The translations under genes and the position numbers were made by a program. A model generated the notes under the pieces. The model searched no databases, was not told where the DNA came from, and worked only from the letters and a program-made list of their open reading frames with translations. A stretch of DNA of 62,439 nt, the filler included, from Chiloscyllium plagiosum (taxonomy: Eukaryota), in the NCBI RefSeq assembly GCF_004010195.1. It is 5 parts of one record of this genome, joined end to end, with 100 filler letters (N's around TTAATTAATTAA, not from the genome) between each part and the next. Parts side by side here need not be neighbours in the genome. Positions count along the whole stretch, not along the records: positions 1 to 29,995 come from NC_057711.1; positions 30,096 to 38,134 come from NC_057711.1; 3 more parts are not named here. One strand, given 5' to 3'. Shown one piece after another: positions 25,754-37,935 of this stretch; the first letter of the stretch is position 1, and the number at the start of each line of letters is the position of its first letter.

Positions 25754-28646
25754 ATGCTGGACAAGGTACATTGAAACCATAAGACCTAAGAGCAGATATA
25801 AGTCACAGAAGATATATGCAATACAAAATTTCACAGATTTAATAACCTCCAGGAGTGTAAACAAAATTCCTCCTCATCTCTGTCTTAAATGTGCAACTCT
25901 TTATTCTGAGATTACGCTCTCTGGTTATAGAGTCATTAAGTGTATAAGTCCTACCCTGGTTTGCCTCACCATAATTTAGCTAAATTAAACTCCATCTGCC
26001 ACTCCTCGGCCCATTGGCCCATCTGATCAAGCTCCCATTGTTCTCTTCAACTCTTCCACAAGGAGTAACAACCTTTCCGCATCTACTTGGTCAAGTCCTA
26101 TAAGGATAACCCCATAAGACATAGGAGCAGAAGAAGGCCATTCAGCCCATCGAGTTTGCTCAGCCCTTCAATGAGATTGCGGCTGATCTGATAATCCTCA
26201 ATTCCACTTTCCTGCCTTCCCCCCATAACCCTTTGATTCCCTTCCTGATTAAACATCTGTATGCCTCAACCTTGAATATTCTTAATGACTCAGCCTCGAC
26301 AGGCCTTTGCAGTAAAGGATTCCACAGATACACTACTTGCTGAGAGAAGAAATTCCTCCTCATCTCTGTCGTAAATGTGCAACCCCTCACTTTGAGATGA
26401 TGCCCTCTGGTCCTAGACTCCCCCACAAGGGGAAACAACTTCTCCAAACCCACCATGTCAAGTTTCCCTAAGACTCCTTTATGTTTCAATAAAGTAACCT
26501 CTCATTGTTCTATGCTCCAATAAATAGAGGCCCAAGCTACTCAACTTGCATTGCTGGTATCAACCGAGTCAGGAGTCACATAACTTCACCTGACAATGGG
26601 CCAGTGCTCCGAAAGCTTCTAGTTTCAAATAAACCTGTTGGACTATAACCTGCTGTCTTGTGACTTCTGAATTTGTCCACCCCAGTGCAACACTGGCGCC
26701 TCCACATCATGATATCAATCTAGTGAATCTTCTCTGGACTGCCTTCAATGCTAGCATATATTTCCTTAGTTAAGGGGCCTAAAGAACAGGGGGAAAAAAT
26801 TAAATGCCTTGAGCCTCTCCCTTATTTAATTCAGTCATGGCTGATTTGTACCTGAAATCCATTTCCCTGTCTAAGTTTTATATTCTTTAATACCCTCCCA
26901 AAGTCCATCAACTTACGATCTGAAATTTCAGTTGATGCCCAACCTCAGTAGTTTTAGACAGAATGGTTGAGAGTGGTCCCCGAATGGCCTGCTGTGGTTT
27001 AAAGTTATGATATCTTGTTCAAGAGGAAATAGTCTCTCCCTCTCTCTCTGTCATTAATCCTTTAACCTGTCCCTGAGTAATGCAGAACCCCGACATTGCA
27101 GTAAAGAGGGACCTGTCACTGATATTTTTTCACCTTGCAAACGTTCGGACAAATGCAAAAATGCCAAATTTCAAACAATCACAACTACTTATGCCACAGG
27201 AAAAAAGGGTGCAGACTGGTGGGTGTTAAATATCTAGAAGGACCAGGAGGCTGATGTGTTTAACAGCCGGAGCATGGTTAAGGAGGAGCTTGCTCAACAG
27301 GCAGTAAGATTAGATTGCGCTTTAACCTGCTCAAAATGGCCAATGATGTCACCATTGTGTCATGTGATCATTGTGCCACCATACTCATAACAATTGGCAA
27401 GCCAGCTCTGATTGGCCAAGGCATCGCCATGGAGAAAGGGAGCAATGGGTTCCTCATGGCTCTAGATTTGAGCAGAGTATTTTTCAGAGAGCGTGCACCT
27501 GTGAGTGTGTCAATTCTAGCGAATATAAACAGAGCACATAAAGAGCATGACTGATTATCTTAAGTTGTTTGTTGGGCATAAGTGGTACAATGAACGCCAA
27601 CATGTTTGGATTTTGTTCTTGCATGCTACTTTTTCATCTGATTTAAGACAGCTGTGAGGAAAGAGTGAGGCTAATGGAATATTTGGATAACACTTACGGC
27701 TAGCACAAAGAGGCTCACCCCTAAGTTGGCTGAATGGCCTTTTGCTGTCCTGTAAGATCATTTTGAACCATTGTATCAAATTTGGCAAGAGTTTACAATA
27801 GAATAGTAGCTGGAATACAATTAGAACACTGTAAATATGGGCTCCTGGATGTCATGAATAGCTAGAAGTGATCTTTTGACATTTTTTTCATTGTAACAAA
27901 CATGTCATGGTATAACACATTTCTGTACTTCTACTTAAGTTTGGAACTGTAATTATTGAGATTGTGCTGCTCATTATAATGAGACCTGACATCAGGGTTA
28001 TTATGATAAATCTCCAAAATGTATTTAAAATGTTTTGTCGATATCCATCGGGCACTAGGGAAGAAATGCAAAGGAATACCAACTAATATTTGAAAGAGTT
28101 TGCAGAATGAATGCTTACTTTTGAATTCCCCCCTTGAGGATGTGAACTGGATTTAATTAAGCTGCTTGTGCAGTGAATGACTTTCACCCTGATTGTGATC
28201 TAGCATCTTTGTTGAAGAAAACAAAAGAAAGATTCTTCGGCACTTCCCATTTTCTTCAACACTCCCTCAGGATCGAAGATAATTTGCTTCCATTCTGGTC
28301 GGCTGAGTTCTGAGATGGTTGATAAGTCTGTGAACTGGGCAGAGGTTTGGAGGTTTGCGTATTCTCCCCCAGTGCTTTGACTTCACCTTCACAAAGTTTT
28401 CCTATGTGTTCAGTGTGTTCCTGAATGATCCTCCTCCATTTTGTTTGGCCACATGTCCACAGGGACCTTGTCTGGGTGAATTTGAGGACATCCCAATGGC
28501 ATTTCCACCATTCTCTTTGGAATTTCCTGCTGTGAGCAAGTTTCAGTTACATGTTTCAGTTAGATCACCTCTATTTCTTCAAGGGATAGAGCCCTAACCT
28601 GTCTCATCTTTCCTCATAAGACAATCCGATCATTCCAGATACTCAT

Positions 28647-28948
28647 AGAATGCCTACAGTGTGGAAACAGGTCATTCAGCCCATCAGGTCCGCATCGACC
28701 CTACCCTATAACCCTGCATTTCCCATGGCTAACCCACCTTGCCGGTACATCCCTGGAAAATATGGGAAAGTTATCATGACCAAACCACCTAACCTGCACA
28801 TCTTTGGACTGTGGGAGGAAACCAGAACGCCTGGTCAAAAGTCACACAGACATGGGGAGAACGTGCAAATTCCACACAGCCTGAGAGTGGAATCAAACCG
28901 GGTCCCTGGCACTGTGAGGCAGCAGTGCTAACCATTAAGTCACCATGC
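28647..28948 (-). mobile_element. HE1-type SINE (diverged)
   Basis: Reverse complement of the SINE head and body. Confidence 0.85.
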
Positions 28949-29714
28949 TGGTCCAATATCAGTATGGTTATCCGAACTGAACTGTCTCTAATGTATTCAT
29001 ATTCTTCCATAGGTACAGTGAGCAATACTGGACTCAGGATTCCAGATACGGTCTCATCAATGTCCTGTATAAGTGAAGTATAGCCTCTCTACTCCTGTAG
29101 TCAATTTCCCTGGCAATAAAGCATGACATTTTATTAATCCATTTGAGAGGGCACAGTTCCAATCTGAACTGAGGGACGATACTTCTGACAATGCTACACT
29201 TCCCCAGTGCTAGCCTGAACCACCAGCTTCGGAGATATTGATTACAGTGTGCTAATCACTGAGTCACGACGGATATCAGAGACCACTGTCTTCCTCTGGA
29301 AAAGTACCAGCAGCTAGGAACAACCAGAATGACAAACTCTTACATTGCACACTGATCTCAGTCAACCTGCAGCAGTTCCCTCTGTAGCGTTTCAATGAGG
29401 CAGGGTGGCAGAGGTTTGACCCTACGGCCCAGACGTCAGTAAAACTGGGTGATCTTTGTTGATCCGACAGGTAGGCCTCATGGACCCTAAGGAGCAGACA
29501 TACATTTCCCAATACAACACCGCCACCACGCCAGGCCAGAATCTTTTCACTCCCACCCAAACTGAAACTAATCACCTCCTCCCATTATGCTCCTCCTCCA
29601 AAGCATACAATTCCTCCAGCCTCCAATCTCCTACCCTCACATTCCAGGACTTCAGGCCTCCCCTACCAATGGGCTCTGATTCCCCACCTTAGTACTCAAT
29701 TCCAACTCCCCTCC

Positions 29715-29930
29715 AACATCTCCAGCCTTGGATCCCATTCCTCCCCCGCACTATCTCCAACCTCTGATCCCATATTCCCCAAACCCCACCTCACTATCTC
29801 CAGCCTCTGATCCCAATCCTCCCCCTCACTATCTCCAGCCTCTGATCCCACTCCTCCCCCTTACTATCTCCAACCTCTGATCCCACTACTCCAATCCCAC
29901 TACGTCCAGCTTTTGATCTCACCTCACTTC
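29715..29930. repeat. ~35-bp pyrimidine-rich tandem repeat (CACTATCTCCAGCCTCTGATCCCAATCCTCCCCCT)
   Basis: About 6 imperfect tandem units. Confidence 0.85.
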
Positions 29931-30095
29931 CTAATGCCAATTTCCAAACTCTTTCGCCTCATCTGACCTCCTTTAACTTCCGACCCCATCCCCCCNNNNN
30001 NNNNNNNNNNNNNNNNNNNNNNNNNNNNNNNNNNNNNNNTTAATTAATTAANNNNNNNNNNNNNNNNNNNNNNNNNNNNNNNNNNNNNNNNNNNN

Positions 30096-30292
30096 GGAGG
30101 CCACATCGGGTGCAGAGGATGCAATAGATGATGTGTGTGGAGGTGCAGGTGAACTTTCCTCATTCCTGAAGAAGGGCTTATGCCCGAAACGTCGATTCTC
30201 CTGTTCCCTGGATGCTGCCTGACCTGCTGCGCTTTTCCAGCAACACATTTTCAGCTCTAATCTCCAGCATCTGCAGTCCTCACTTTCTCCTC
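30096..30292 (+). mobile_element. Penelope terminal repeat with intact hammerhead-like core
   Basis: cctgaagaagggcttatgcccgaaacgtcga...gatgctgcctgacctgctg, preceded by an inverted GIY-YIG fragment next to a gap. Confidence 0.85.
30166..30197 (+). ncRNA. Minimal hammerhead ribozyme motif (PLE type)
   Basis: CTGAAGA-A-GGGC(TTAT)GCCC-GAAAC-GTC: conserved core boxes, 4-bp stem II, palindromic ACGT stem III, GUC cleavage triplet. Stem I is weak. Confidence 0.6.
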
Positions 30293-31159
30293 ATGCTGGA
30301 TATCAGCCATGGTTTTGTGAATAGTATCCTCACCCCTTCTGGAACACCCAGAATGGAGCACACCATCCAGGCTGATAAGAACATTATAAGAACATAAGAA
30401 ATTGGAGCAAGAGTCTGCCATTCAGTAAGATCATGGCTGACCTATTCAGGGACTCATCTCCACTTACTCACCACAACTTTTAGTTCCTTTACCGTTCAAA
30501 AATCTATCTATATTTGCCCTCAACGAGGTAATTTCAACTGCTTCACTGGGCAGAGAATTCCACAGATTCACAACCCTTTGAGTGAAGAAGTTTTTCCTCA
30601 ACTCAGTACTGAATCTGCTCCCCCGTATTTTGAAGCTATGCCCACTAGTTCTAGTTTCACAAGTTGTAGTAGAAACAACCTTCAGGCTTTGATCTTATCT
30701 ATTCCCCTCAACCTTCTCAACTCAAAAGAATATTACTGGAGCCTATCCAGCCTCTCCTCACTGAAATGCTCCATCCCAGGCAATGTCCTGGTAGAACTCC
30801 TCTCCAGTACAATCATATCCTTGTGGCTCCCAAAACAATCTGACCATCTGCAAGGCGAAAGTGGGGAGTGTAACAGAATGTGTTCCACTTGTCTGGATGA
30901 ATGAAGAGGCTTGACGCCATCCAGGACAAAGCAGTCGATCTATCCCTATGCGTATCGACATTCTGCTGCAGTGTGTAGAGAGCCCTTCACTTGAGGTGAG
31001 GCCTGAAACCAAGGCCTCCCCTGGCCTGGTATGATGAGACTTTGCCCTCTAAGAGATATGTTCCACACTGTTTCTTTTGTAGATCAGTGTTGCCACAGTG
31101 GTGCTGGGTATCTCCTTCAACAAGCATTTGGTAAACAGCTATTGAGCTCTCTCTTTTAT

Positions 31160-31510
31160 AGAAGAATAGAATCCCTACAGTGTGAGAACAGGCCCTTCAG
31201 CCCAGAAAGTCCACGTGGACCCTCCGAACAGTATCCCATCCAGACCCATTCCCATATTACACTACATTTACATCTGACTAATGCATGTAACCTACACATC
31301 CCTGAACAATACGGGCAATTTAGCATGGCCAATTCACCTAACCTGTACTGCTTTGGATTGTGAGAGGAAACCAGAGCACCCGGAGGAAACCTACACAGAC
31401 ACAGGGAGAATGTGCAAACTCCACACAGACAGTCACCCGAGGCTGGAATCGAACCCAGGTCCCTGGCACTGTGAGACAGCAGTGCTAACTACTGAGCCAC
31501 CGTGCCATCC
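31160..31510 (-). mobile_element. HE1-type SINE
   Basis: Reverse-complement full-length copy. Confidence 0.9.
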
Positions 31511-31792
31511 CTCTGGGTAGTTTTGTTTTAGATGAGACTACAGAATTATGAATCAGCAAGATCAGGGCTCAGGAAAGTTTGTAGTTTTGCTTTCCGGTAA
31601 ATAACACAGAGTAAGTTATTTCAAAAGGGTTAAAGTTATGCCAAATCTTCTATTTTTGTGTGTGTTTTAACTGTATTGTAGCAAAAAAGTGTGTCTTGAT
31701 TAAAGCCTAATAGTGGACCAAGCGAATCACATCTGGAAAACAGCACCTTACAATTGCCTTTAAATAAATATATGGTCCAAGCTATCTCCTTC

Positions 31793-32829
31793 CAATCCCC
31801 TTCCACATGGTTAAAGATGCCCTCCAACGCATCTCATCCATATCCCGCACCTCCGCCCTCGAACCCCACCCCTCCAACTGCGACAAGGTCAGAACCCCCC
31901 TGGTCCTCACCTTCCACTGCACCAACCTCGGCTCAAATCGCATCATCCTCCGCCATTTCTGCCATCTACAAATGGACCCCACTACCAGAAGTATATTTCC
32001 CTCCCCACCCCATCTGCTTTCCGGAAAGACTGTTCCCTCCGCAACCACTTCGTCAGGTCCACGCCCCCCCCAACGTCAGGTCCCATCCCGGCACCTTCCC
32101 CTGCCACCACAGGAATTGCAAAACCTGCGCCCACACCTTCCCCTTCACTTCCAACCAAGGCCCCAAAGGAGCCTTCCACATCCATCAAAGTTTCACCTGC
32201 ACTTCCACACATGACATTTATTGTATCCATTGTTCCCGATGCAGTCTCCTCTACATTGTGGAGACAGGACGCCTACTCACAGAGTGCTTCAGAGAACATC
32301 TCCGGGACACCTGCACCAATCAACCCCACCGCCCCATGGCCAAACACTTCAACTCCCTCTCCCAATCTGCCGAGGACATGAAGGCCCTGGGCCTCCCCCA
32401 TTGCCCCTCCCTTGCCACCCGGCACCTGGAGGAAGAACGCTTCATCTTCCGCCTTGGGACCCTCCAAGCTCATGGCATCAATGTGGATTTCATCAGTTTC
32501 CTCATTTCCCATCCCTCCATCTTACCCCAGTTCCAACCTTCCAGTTCAGCACCATCCTCACGACCTGTCCCATCTGCCCATTTGTCCATCTTCCTATCTG
32601 CCTATCAGCAGCACCCACCTCTTCAACCTATAACCTTTACCCCCACCTCCATCCTCCTATTGCACTCTCAGCTACCTTACCCCAAGCCCCACCCATCTTC
32701 CATTTATCTCTTCACCCCGAGGCTCCCAGCCTTATTCCTAATGAAGGGCTTTTGCCCAAAACGTTGCTTTTCCTGCTTCTCTGATGCTGCCTGACCTGCT
32801 GTGCTTTTCCAGCACCACACTCTTGACTC
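31793..32829 (+). mobile_element. Penelope-like element, 5'-truncated, with degenerate GIY-YIG endonuclease
   Basis: ORF contains PC..RNCKTC and IYCIHCSRCSLLYIVETGR...FREH...HFNS...LEEERFIFRLGTL, followed by the terminal repeat. Flanked by the 11-bp direct repeat ctatctccttc (31782-31792 / 32830-32840). Confidence 0.9.
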
Positions 32830-33049
32830 CTATCTCCTTCTTATACCATGGGAAGGAGTGTTCTGGTCTGGTCCAAAGTATTGGTCAATATTTATTCCCC
32901 CAACAAACACCTCAATGCGATCATTTGATTAGGGCTATGGGCACAGAGAGTGCCTTGCACTTTTCTTGCATTGCACAGTGATCACACTTCTTTGGGATGT
33001 CTTGAAGTCACAAAAGGCATCAGGAGTGCTAACCACTGAGCCACCACTG

Positions 33050-33368
33050 GGGTGGCACAGTGGTTCAGTGGTTAGCACTGCTGCCTCACAGCACCAGGGA
33101 CCCAGGTTCAATTCTCAGCCTCAGGCGACCGTCTGTGTGGAGTTTGCACATTCTCTCCGTGTATGCGTGTGTTTCCTCCGGGTGCTCTCGTTTCCTCTCA
33201 CAGTCCAAAGATGTGCAGGTTAGGTGAATTGCCCATAGTGTTCAGGATGTGTGGGTTAGGTGCATGAGTTAGGGGAATGGGTCTGGGTGGGACACTCTTC
33301 AGAGGGTCGGTGTAGACTTGCTGGGCTGAAGGGCCTGTTTCCACACTGTAGGGATTCTAATTCTAATT
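33050..33368 (+). mobile_element. HE1-type SINE, preceded by a short inverted copy of its own head (33025-33045)
   Basis: Full copy; the upstream gtgctaaccactgagccacc is the reverse complement of the SINE head. Confidence 0.88.
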
Positions 33369-33603
33369 TGTATAAGTGCAGTTTCCTCCCTTGAAACCCC
33401 AGTTATATTGCCACTTTTTTTAACCATTCTGTGCATCCAAAATCAATGCAATAATGACTGTATAACTGCATTAGCTCAGGACATTGATTAGACCATGTCA
33501 ATATCAAGGATGTTTCCTGTTCAAACGAAATATCAAAATATGCTCTGATGTGGGATCAATGCAAGGTATTGGTATTCTGATGGGCTACAGAGTGTGGTCT
33601 TAC

Positions 33604-33840
33604 TTTGCTCTTGTTCTTTGTGAATTTCACCCCATCGCCATCGCCGTAAGCTGTATCAAGTTTGCGCCAGGATTTCCCTTTGTTCTCCTGCTTACTGAGG
33701 TTCCTCCTGCCCGTTTTCAGCTCCTCCCGGTCTCCGCACTCAGAGGCTGTGGACACCGAGTAGACGGTGTCTTCATCCTGGGACAGATGCCCATCTCGAA
33801 CCAAGCAAGCAGGAGCAACATCACTCATCAGACTGTCCAT
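33604..33840 (-). CDS. Uncharacterised gene, putative first coding exon (79 codons; whole exon 33925-33604)
   Basis: tttcag acceptor at 33926-33927, in-frame stops upstream of a gagATGG start, open frame MDSLMSDVAP...KFTKNKSK, and a phase-0 AAA|GTAAGA donor. Unique, non-repeat-like sequence. Confidence 0.6.
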
Positions 33841-34489
33841 CTCACCTCAGACAACACCTAGCTACACTGTCAAGCTTTTTGAGTCTTTGGGACTGGGTCC
33901 TTGTTCTTCCTGCCTGGGCTTTACGCTGAAACAGATATATCTGAAGGCTTTTATTTGGGATCTTAGTGAATGCTGTTAATCTGCTCTTAACACTGACTGT
34001 CAGGATAGTCCCACAGATATACGATGCCTTTTATGAATGTTGACAGAGGGTTTTCACCTGGTTCTTTGCATCGTGGCTGGAATCTGCCCTGAAACAGCAG
34101 CATTCTCAATTCTGCACAACAGTTTTGACTGTGTTCCAACGCTATGGCAACAGGAATTAAATAAAATCTGCACGCATCAACAGAAAATGGGGACAATTTC
34201 TTGTTAATTGTTGTAATGACTAATTCGGTCGCCTCTAGAGCCATGAAATAAATTGGCTTTTACTGTGGGATGCAAATGGATAAACATCAGTTGGCCCATT
34301 GCTCTTCATTACAATTGGAACTGCTCTTCCAAATTACTGCCTTGGTTTTACAGTGTTTTGCCAAGTCCTGGGAATGTGAGAAACACAACACAAACAGGAG
34401 TCCTTTCAGCAGTGCAAAGTGGAAGGAATTTTGTGTGTATCTCCTTCTAAGATGGTCCCTCAGGAACAAGGATGACTTGCTGGAGTTCT

Positions 34490-35085
34490 GGGTGCTGAGG
34501 TGACTAATTGGTCTGATACAGGACCCCGCCATGTCTGGGGTGGGCGGTATTTACCGAAGAGCCTGGGTGGGTTGCTTAGGGTTTCACATGCTCCTTCTGA
34601 CACGTTTACTTGCCCTCCATCTGGGCCTCTGTAGATGGTTTCCACGGTCGCTGCTCCTCCAGTTTCAGCAGCCTGGGGTTAGAGACTCCCACCAGCCAGT
34701 AAGGATATTCAGGGGGCCTTTATAAAGACATCCTGGAAGCATTTCCACAGCCCTCCTGGCAAACCCTGTTGAAGTTTGGAGTGAAGAACGTCTTTTGAAA
34801 ATGCTGTGTCGGGGTGGTGGACGATATGAGCCACCCAATGCAGATTATTCACTGTAACCATCACTTTGATGTTAGAGACGTTGGCTTGAGGGAGGACATC
34901 GATATTGGGGCAATATTGCCAATGGAATTTGCAGAGGCCTGATATTTCTCCAAGTGTTGAGATGTCTCCAGTACATTGTCCATGCATCTGAACATACAAA
35001 TAGGCAGGAAGCATGACTGCACTGGAGATCATGAGCTTGGTGCCGGGTTTAACATCTCTGTCATGAGTCTGTATCGACTTCATTT
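34490..35085 (-). mobile_element. RTE/BovB-type LINE 3' fragment
   Basis: TKLMISSAVMLPAYLY...NIDVLPQAN...LHWVAHIV..PDT...LPGG..K.F.DV, a degenerate RTE ORF C-terminus. Confidence 0.75.
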
Positions 35086-35249
35086 GTAAAGCCCCCTTTT
35101 ATGTTGTTCGTCTTCACATTTTTCAGGGGGTATGTCAGCTTTCCAAAAATGTTCAGCATTTGTTTGTTGTTAAATCCCCAGGCAATTTTCCATTTCGTCT
35201 GCACCCAGACTTTGTATTTGTCCCATTAGGACTTGCACCATTGTTTTTC

Positions 35250-35650
35250 ATTTTTTCACTCCAGGGAAAACAGCCCCAGCCTATTCAATCTCTCCCTGTC
35301 GCTCAAATCCTCCAACCCTGGCAGCATCCTTGGAAATCTTTTCTGAATCCTTTCAAGTTTCACAACATCCTTCTGATAGGAAGCAGACCAGAACTGTGTG
35401 CAATATTCCAACAGTGGCTGAACCAATTAACTGTACAGCCGCAACATGACTTCCCAACTCCTACACTCAGTACTCTGACCAACAAAGGAAAACATACCAA
35501 ACGCCTTCTTCACTATCCTATCTACCTGCAACTCCACTTTCAAGGAGCTATGAACCTGCACTCCAAAGTCACTTTGTTCAGCAACACTCCCCAGGACCTT
35601 ACCATTAAGTGTATAAGCCCTGCGAAGATTTGTTTTTTTCAAAATGCACC
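35250..35650 (-). mobile_element. CR1 LINE fragment
   Basis: YTLNGKVLGSVAEQSDFGVQVHSSLKV...KKAFGMF on the minus strand. Confidence 0.85.
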
Positions 35651-35850
35651 ACCACACGCATGCTGCTGAGTATTTCCAACATTCTCTGATTTTATTTGAC
35701 GTGTGTGCTGTCATGTAAAGATGTGAGCCACTATCTAACACACAGCAAGATCCCATGGGGAACAATAAGACATGAGGAATTGTAGTGAGATTTATGATGA
35801 GTATTTCAGAGTATGTAATACAGCATTGGGGGGGAAAAAACAAGCTAAAA

Positions 35851-36162
35851 TTAGATTAGATTACTTACAGTGTGGAAACAGGCCCTTCGGCCCAACAAGT
35901 CCTCACCACCCCGCCAAAGCGCAACCCATCCATACCCCTACATTTACCCCTTACCTAACACTACGGGCAATTTAGCATGGCCAATTCAACCGACCTGCAC
36001 ATCTTTGGACTGTGGGAGGAAACCGGAGCACCCAGAGGAAACCCATACAGACACGGGGAGAACGTGCAAACTCCACACAGAGAGTCGCCTGAGGCGGGAA
36101 TTGAACCTGGGTCTCTGGCGCTGTGAGGCAGCAGTGCTAACCACTGTGCCACCGTGCCGCCC
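35851..36162 (-). mobile_element. HE1-type SINE
   Basis: Reverse-complement full-length copy. Confidence 0.9.
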
Positions 36163-36199
36163 ACAAAAATTACATAGTGTTCAAAAGAGCCCATTAGCT

Positions 36200-36600
36200 T
36201 ATTTTCAAAATTACTATCACTAAGGATGTTGTGAAACTTGAAACAGTTCAAAAAAGGTTTACAAGGATGTTGCCAGGGTTGGGGGGCTTGAGTTATAGGG
36301 ACAGGCTGAACAGGCTAGGGCTGTTTTCCCTGGAGTGTTGGAGGCTGAGGGGTGACCTTGTAGAGGGTTATAAAATCACAAGGGGCATGGATGGGATAAA
36401 TTGACAAGATCTCTTCCCTGGGGTGGGGGAGCCCAGAATTAGAGGGCATAGGTTTAGGATGAGAGGGGAAAGATATAAAGGAGACCTAAGGGGCAACTTT
36501 TTCACACAGTGATGTGTGTATGGAATGAGCTACCAGGGGAAGTAGTGGAGGCTGGTATAATTGCAACATTTAAAAGTCATCTGGATGGGGACATGAGGAA
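36200..36600 (+). mobile_element. CR1 LINE 3' fragment
   Basis: ctgaggggtgacctt...tataaaat...ggaatgagctacc motifs. Confidence 0.85.
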
Positions 36601-37565
36601 GGAGGGTGGGAGGGTGAGGAAGTGAGGTAATGAAGAGAGGAAAGTGTTGTGGGGAAGGAGAGTAGATGAGCGAAGCAGAGATAGGGTTCTGCTGTGATAT
36701 ATGGTAGAGGGGACGGGTGGTTGGAACTACGGAATGGGGGAGGGGAAATGTAAAAGGAAAGAACTAGTAGTGTTTTGAGTCTACCTTGGGGAAAGTGTTT
36801 GGGGAGGGGTGTAAGTGTGGGTGTGGATGATGCTGCTGAGATGGTGGAGCATTGGGGAGCTGCTAGTAATCGGTCCAGTTGCTAGTGGGGGACTATTGGA
36901 GGGATAGATATTGCCCAGGACATGAGTGAGAATGTCATCATTTTTAAGATAGTATCACATGATCCTTTCCATTTAGCTGAAACCTCATTTTAATGTACCG
37001 TTGGTGAAACAGCATCTCTGGCAGTGCAGTGCTCCCACAGCGCTGCAGTGTCAACCTTAAGCTAGGAACAAAGGAACAGGTGCAGTCCAATCAATGTGTA
37101 GGCTGATATGTGACCTTATTCCATATACTTGCCTTTGACCTATTTCCTTAATAACAGAAGTTCAGAAACAAAAACTCTCAGATTGAAAACTCATAATTGA
37201 CATGGCATAAACTGCTGTTAGTGGAAGAAATCTCCAAACATCTACCACCCTAACATCTCTCCTGAAAATTTTCAAACTATATCCCCCAATCATAGGGAAA
37301 AACTCATCGTTATCAGTTGTGAAGAAGGGTCACTGGACCTGAAACATTATCTCTACTCTCCCCACAAAGAAACTACCAGACTTGTAGAGGATTTCCCCAG
37401 CAATTTCTGATTTAGTTTCATTATCTAAACTGCCTAAGGGTCCCTCAGGTGGGACTTGAGCAAAGAACCTAATGATTCAGTGGTACAAGTGCTACCAATT
37501 GACCACAGTTCACACTGGCCCTTTAACAATACTCTAATATGGTCAATACTCCAGGCAGTCTACAG

Positions 37566-37723
37566 TAGACAAACAGGAGACTAGAGGAATACAACAAGCC
37601 AGGCAGCATCAGGAGGTGGAGACGACGACTTCTCCACGTCTTGATGCTGCCTGGCTCGTTGTGTACTTCCAGCCTCCTGGTTGTCTACTTTGGATTCCAG
37701 GTTCTGCAGTTATTTTGTCTCTA
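37566..37723. mobile_element. Short fold-back Penelope-type insertion next to the LRPAP1 promoter
   Basis: Inverted arms agtagacaa...gcagcatca / tgatgctgc...ttgtctact; imperfect 13-bp direct repeat aggcagtctacag / aggtagtctgcag. Confidence 0.7.
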
Positions 37724-37768
37724 AGGTAGTCTGCAGAGGCCACGACCTTCTGGGGTGCAATACCCAAT

Positions 37769-37935
37769 CTCACCGCTTGGTGCTGCCCCAAACACGTCAG
37801 CACCTGACGCTAGCGTCATTACGCCACAGGCGACGTGCCGCGAGGTCCAATGGGAATTGTAGTTCCTGTCGGAGAGGGGTCACCAGCAGCGCCTGCGCAC
37901 TGAGGGCGGGTTGCCTGGGTGACGGGGAGTGAGCG
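37769..37935. promoter_or_regulatory. CpG-rich, probably bidirectional promoter (LRPAP1 / uncharacterised minus-strand gene)
   Basis: TGGGAATTGTAGT (ZNF143-associated ACTACAATTCCCA motif) at 37851-37863; NRF1-type GCGCCTGCGCA at 37889-37899; palindrome TGACGCTAGCGTCA (two half-CREs) at 37805-37818; CCAAT at 37847; GC box near 37902; minus-strand GCG|GTGAGA donor at 37773. Confidence 0.7.

Noticed and set aside
30040..30051. Palindrome-like TTAATTAATTAA recurring four times
   Set aside because: Always embedded in N-runs of ~100 bp total; a scaffolding linker, not biological sequence.
31754..32794. 346-aa ORF as an active endonuclease or domesticated gene
   Set aside because: 5'-truncated Penelope copy with substitutions in conserved GIY-YIG positions (YIVET instead of YIGET; ECF instead of ERF); the N-terminal part is read from flank and out of frame.
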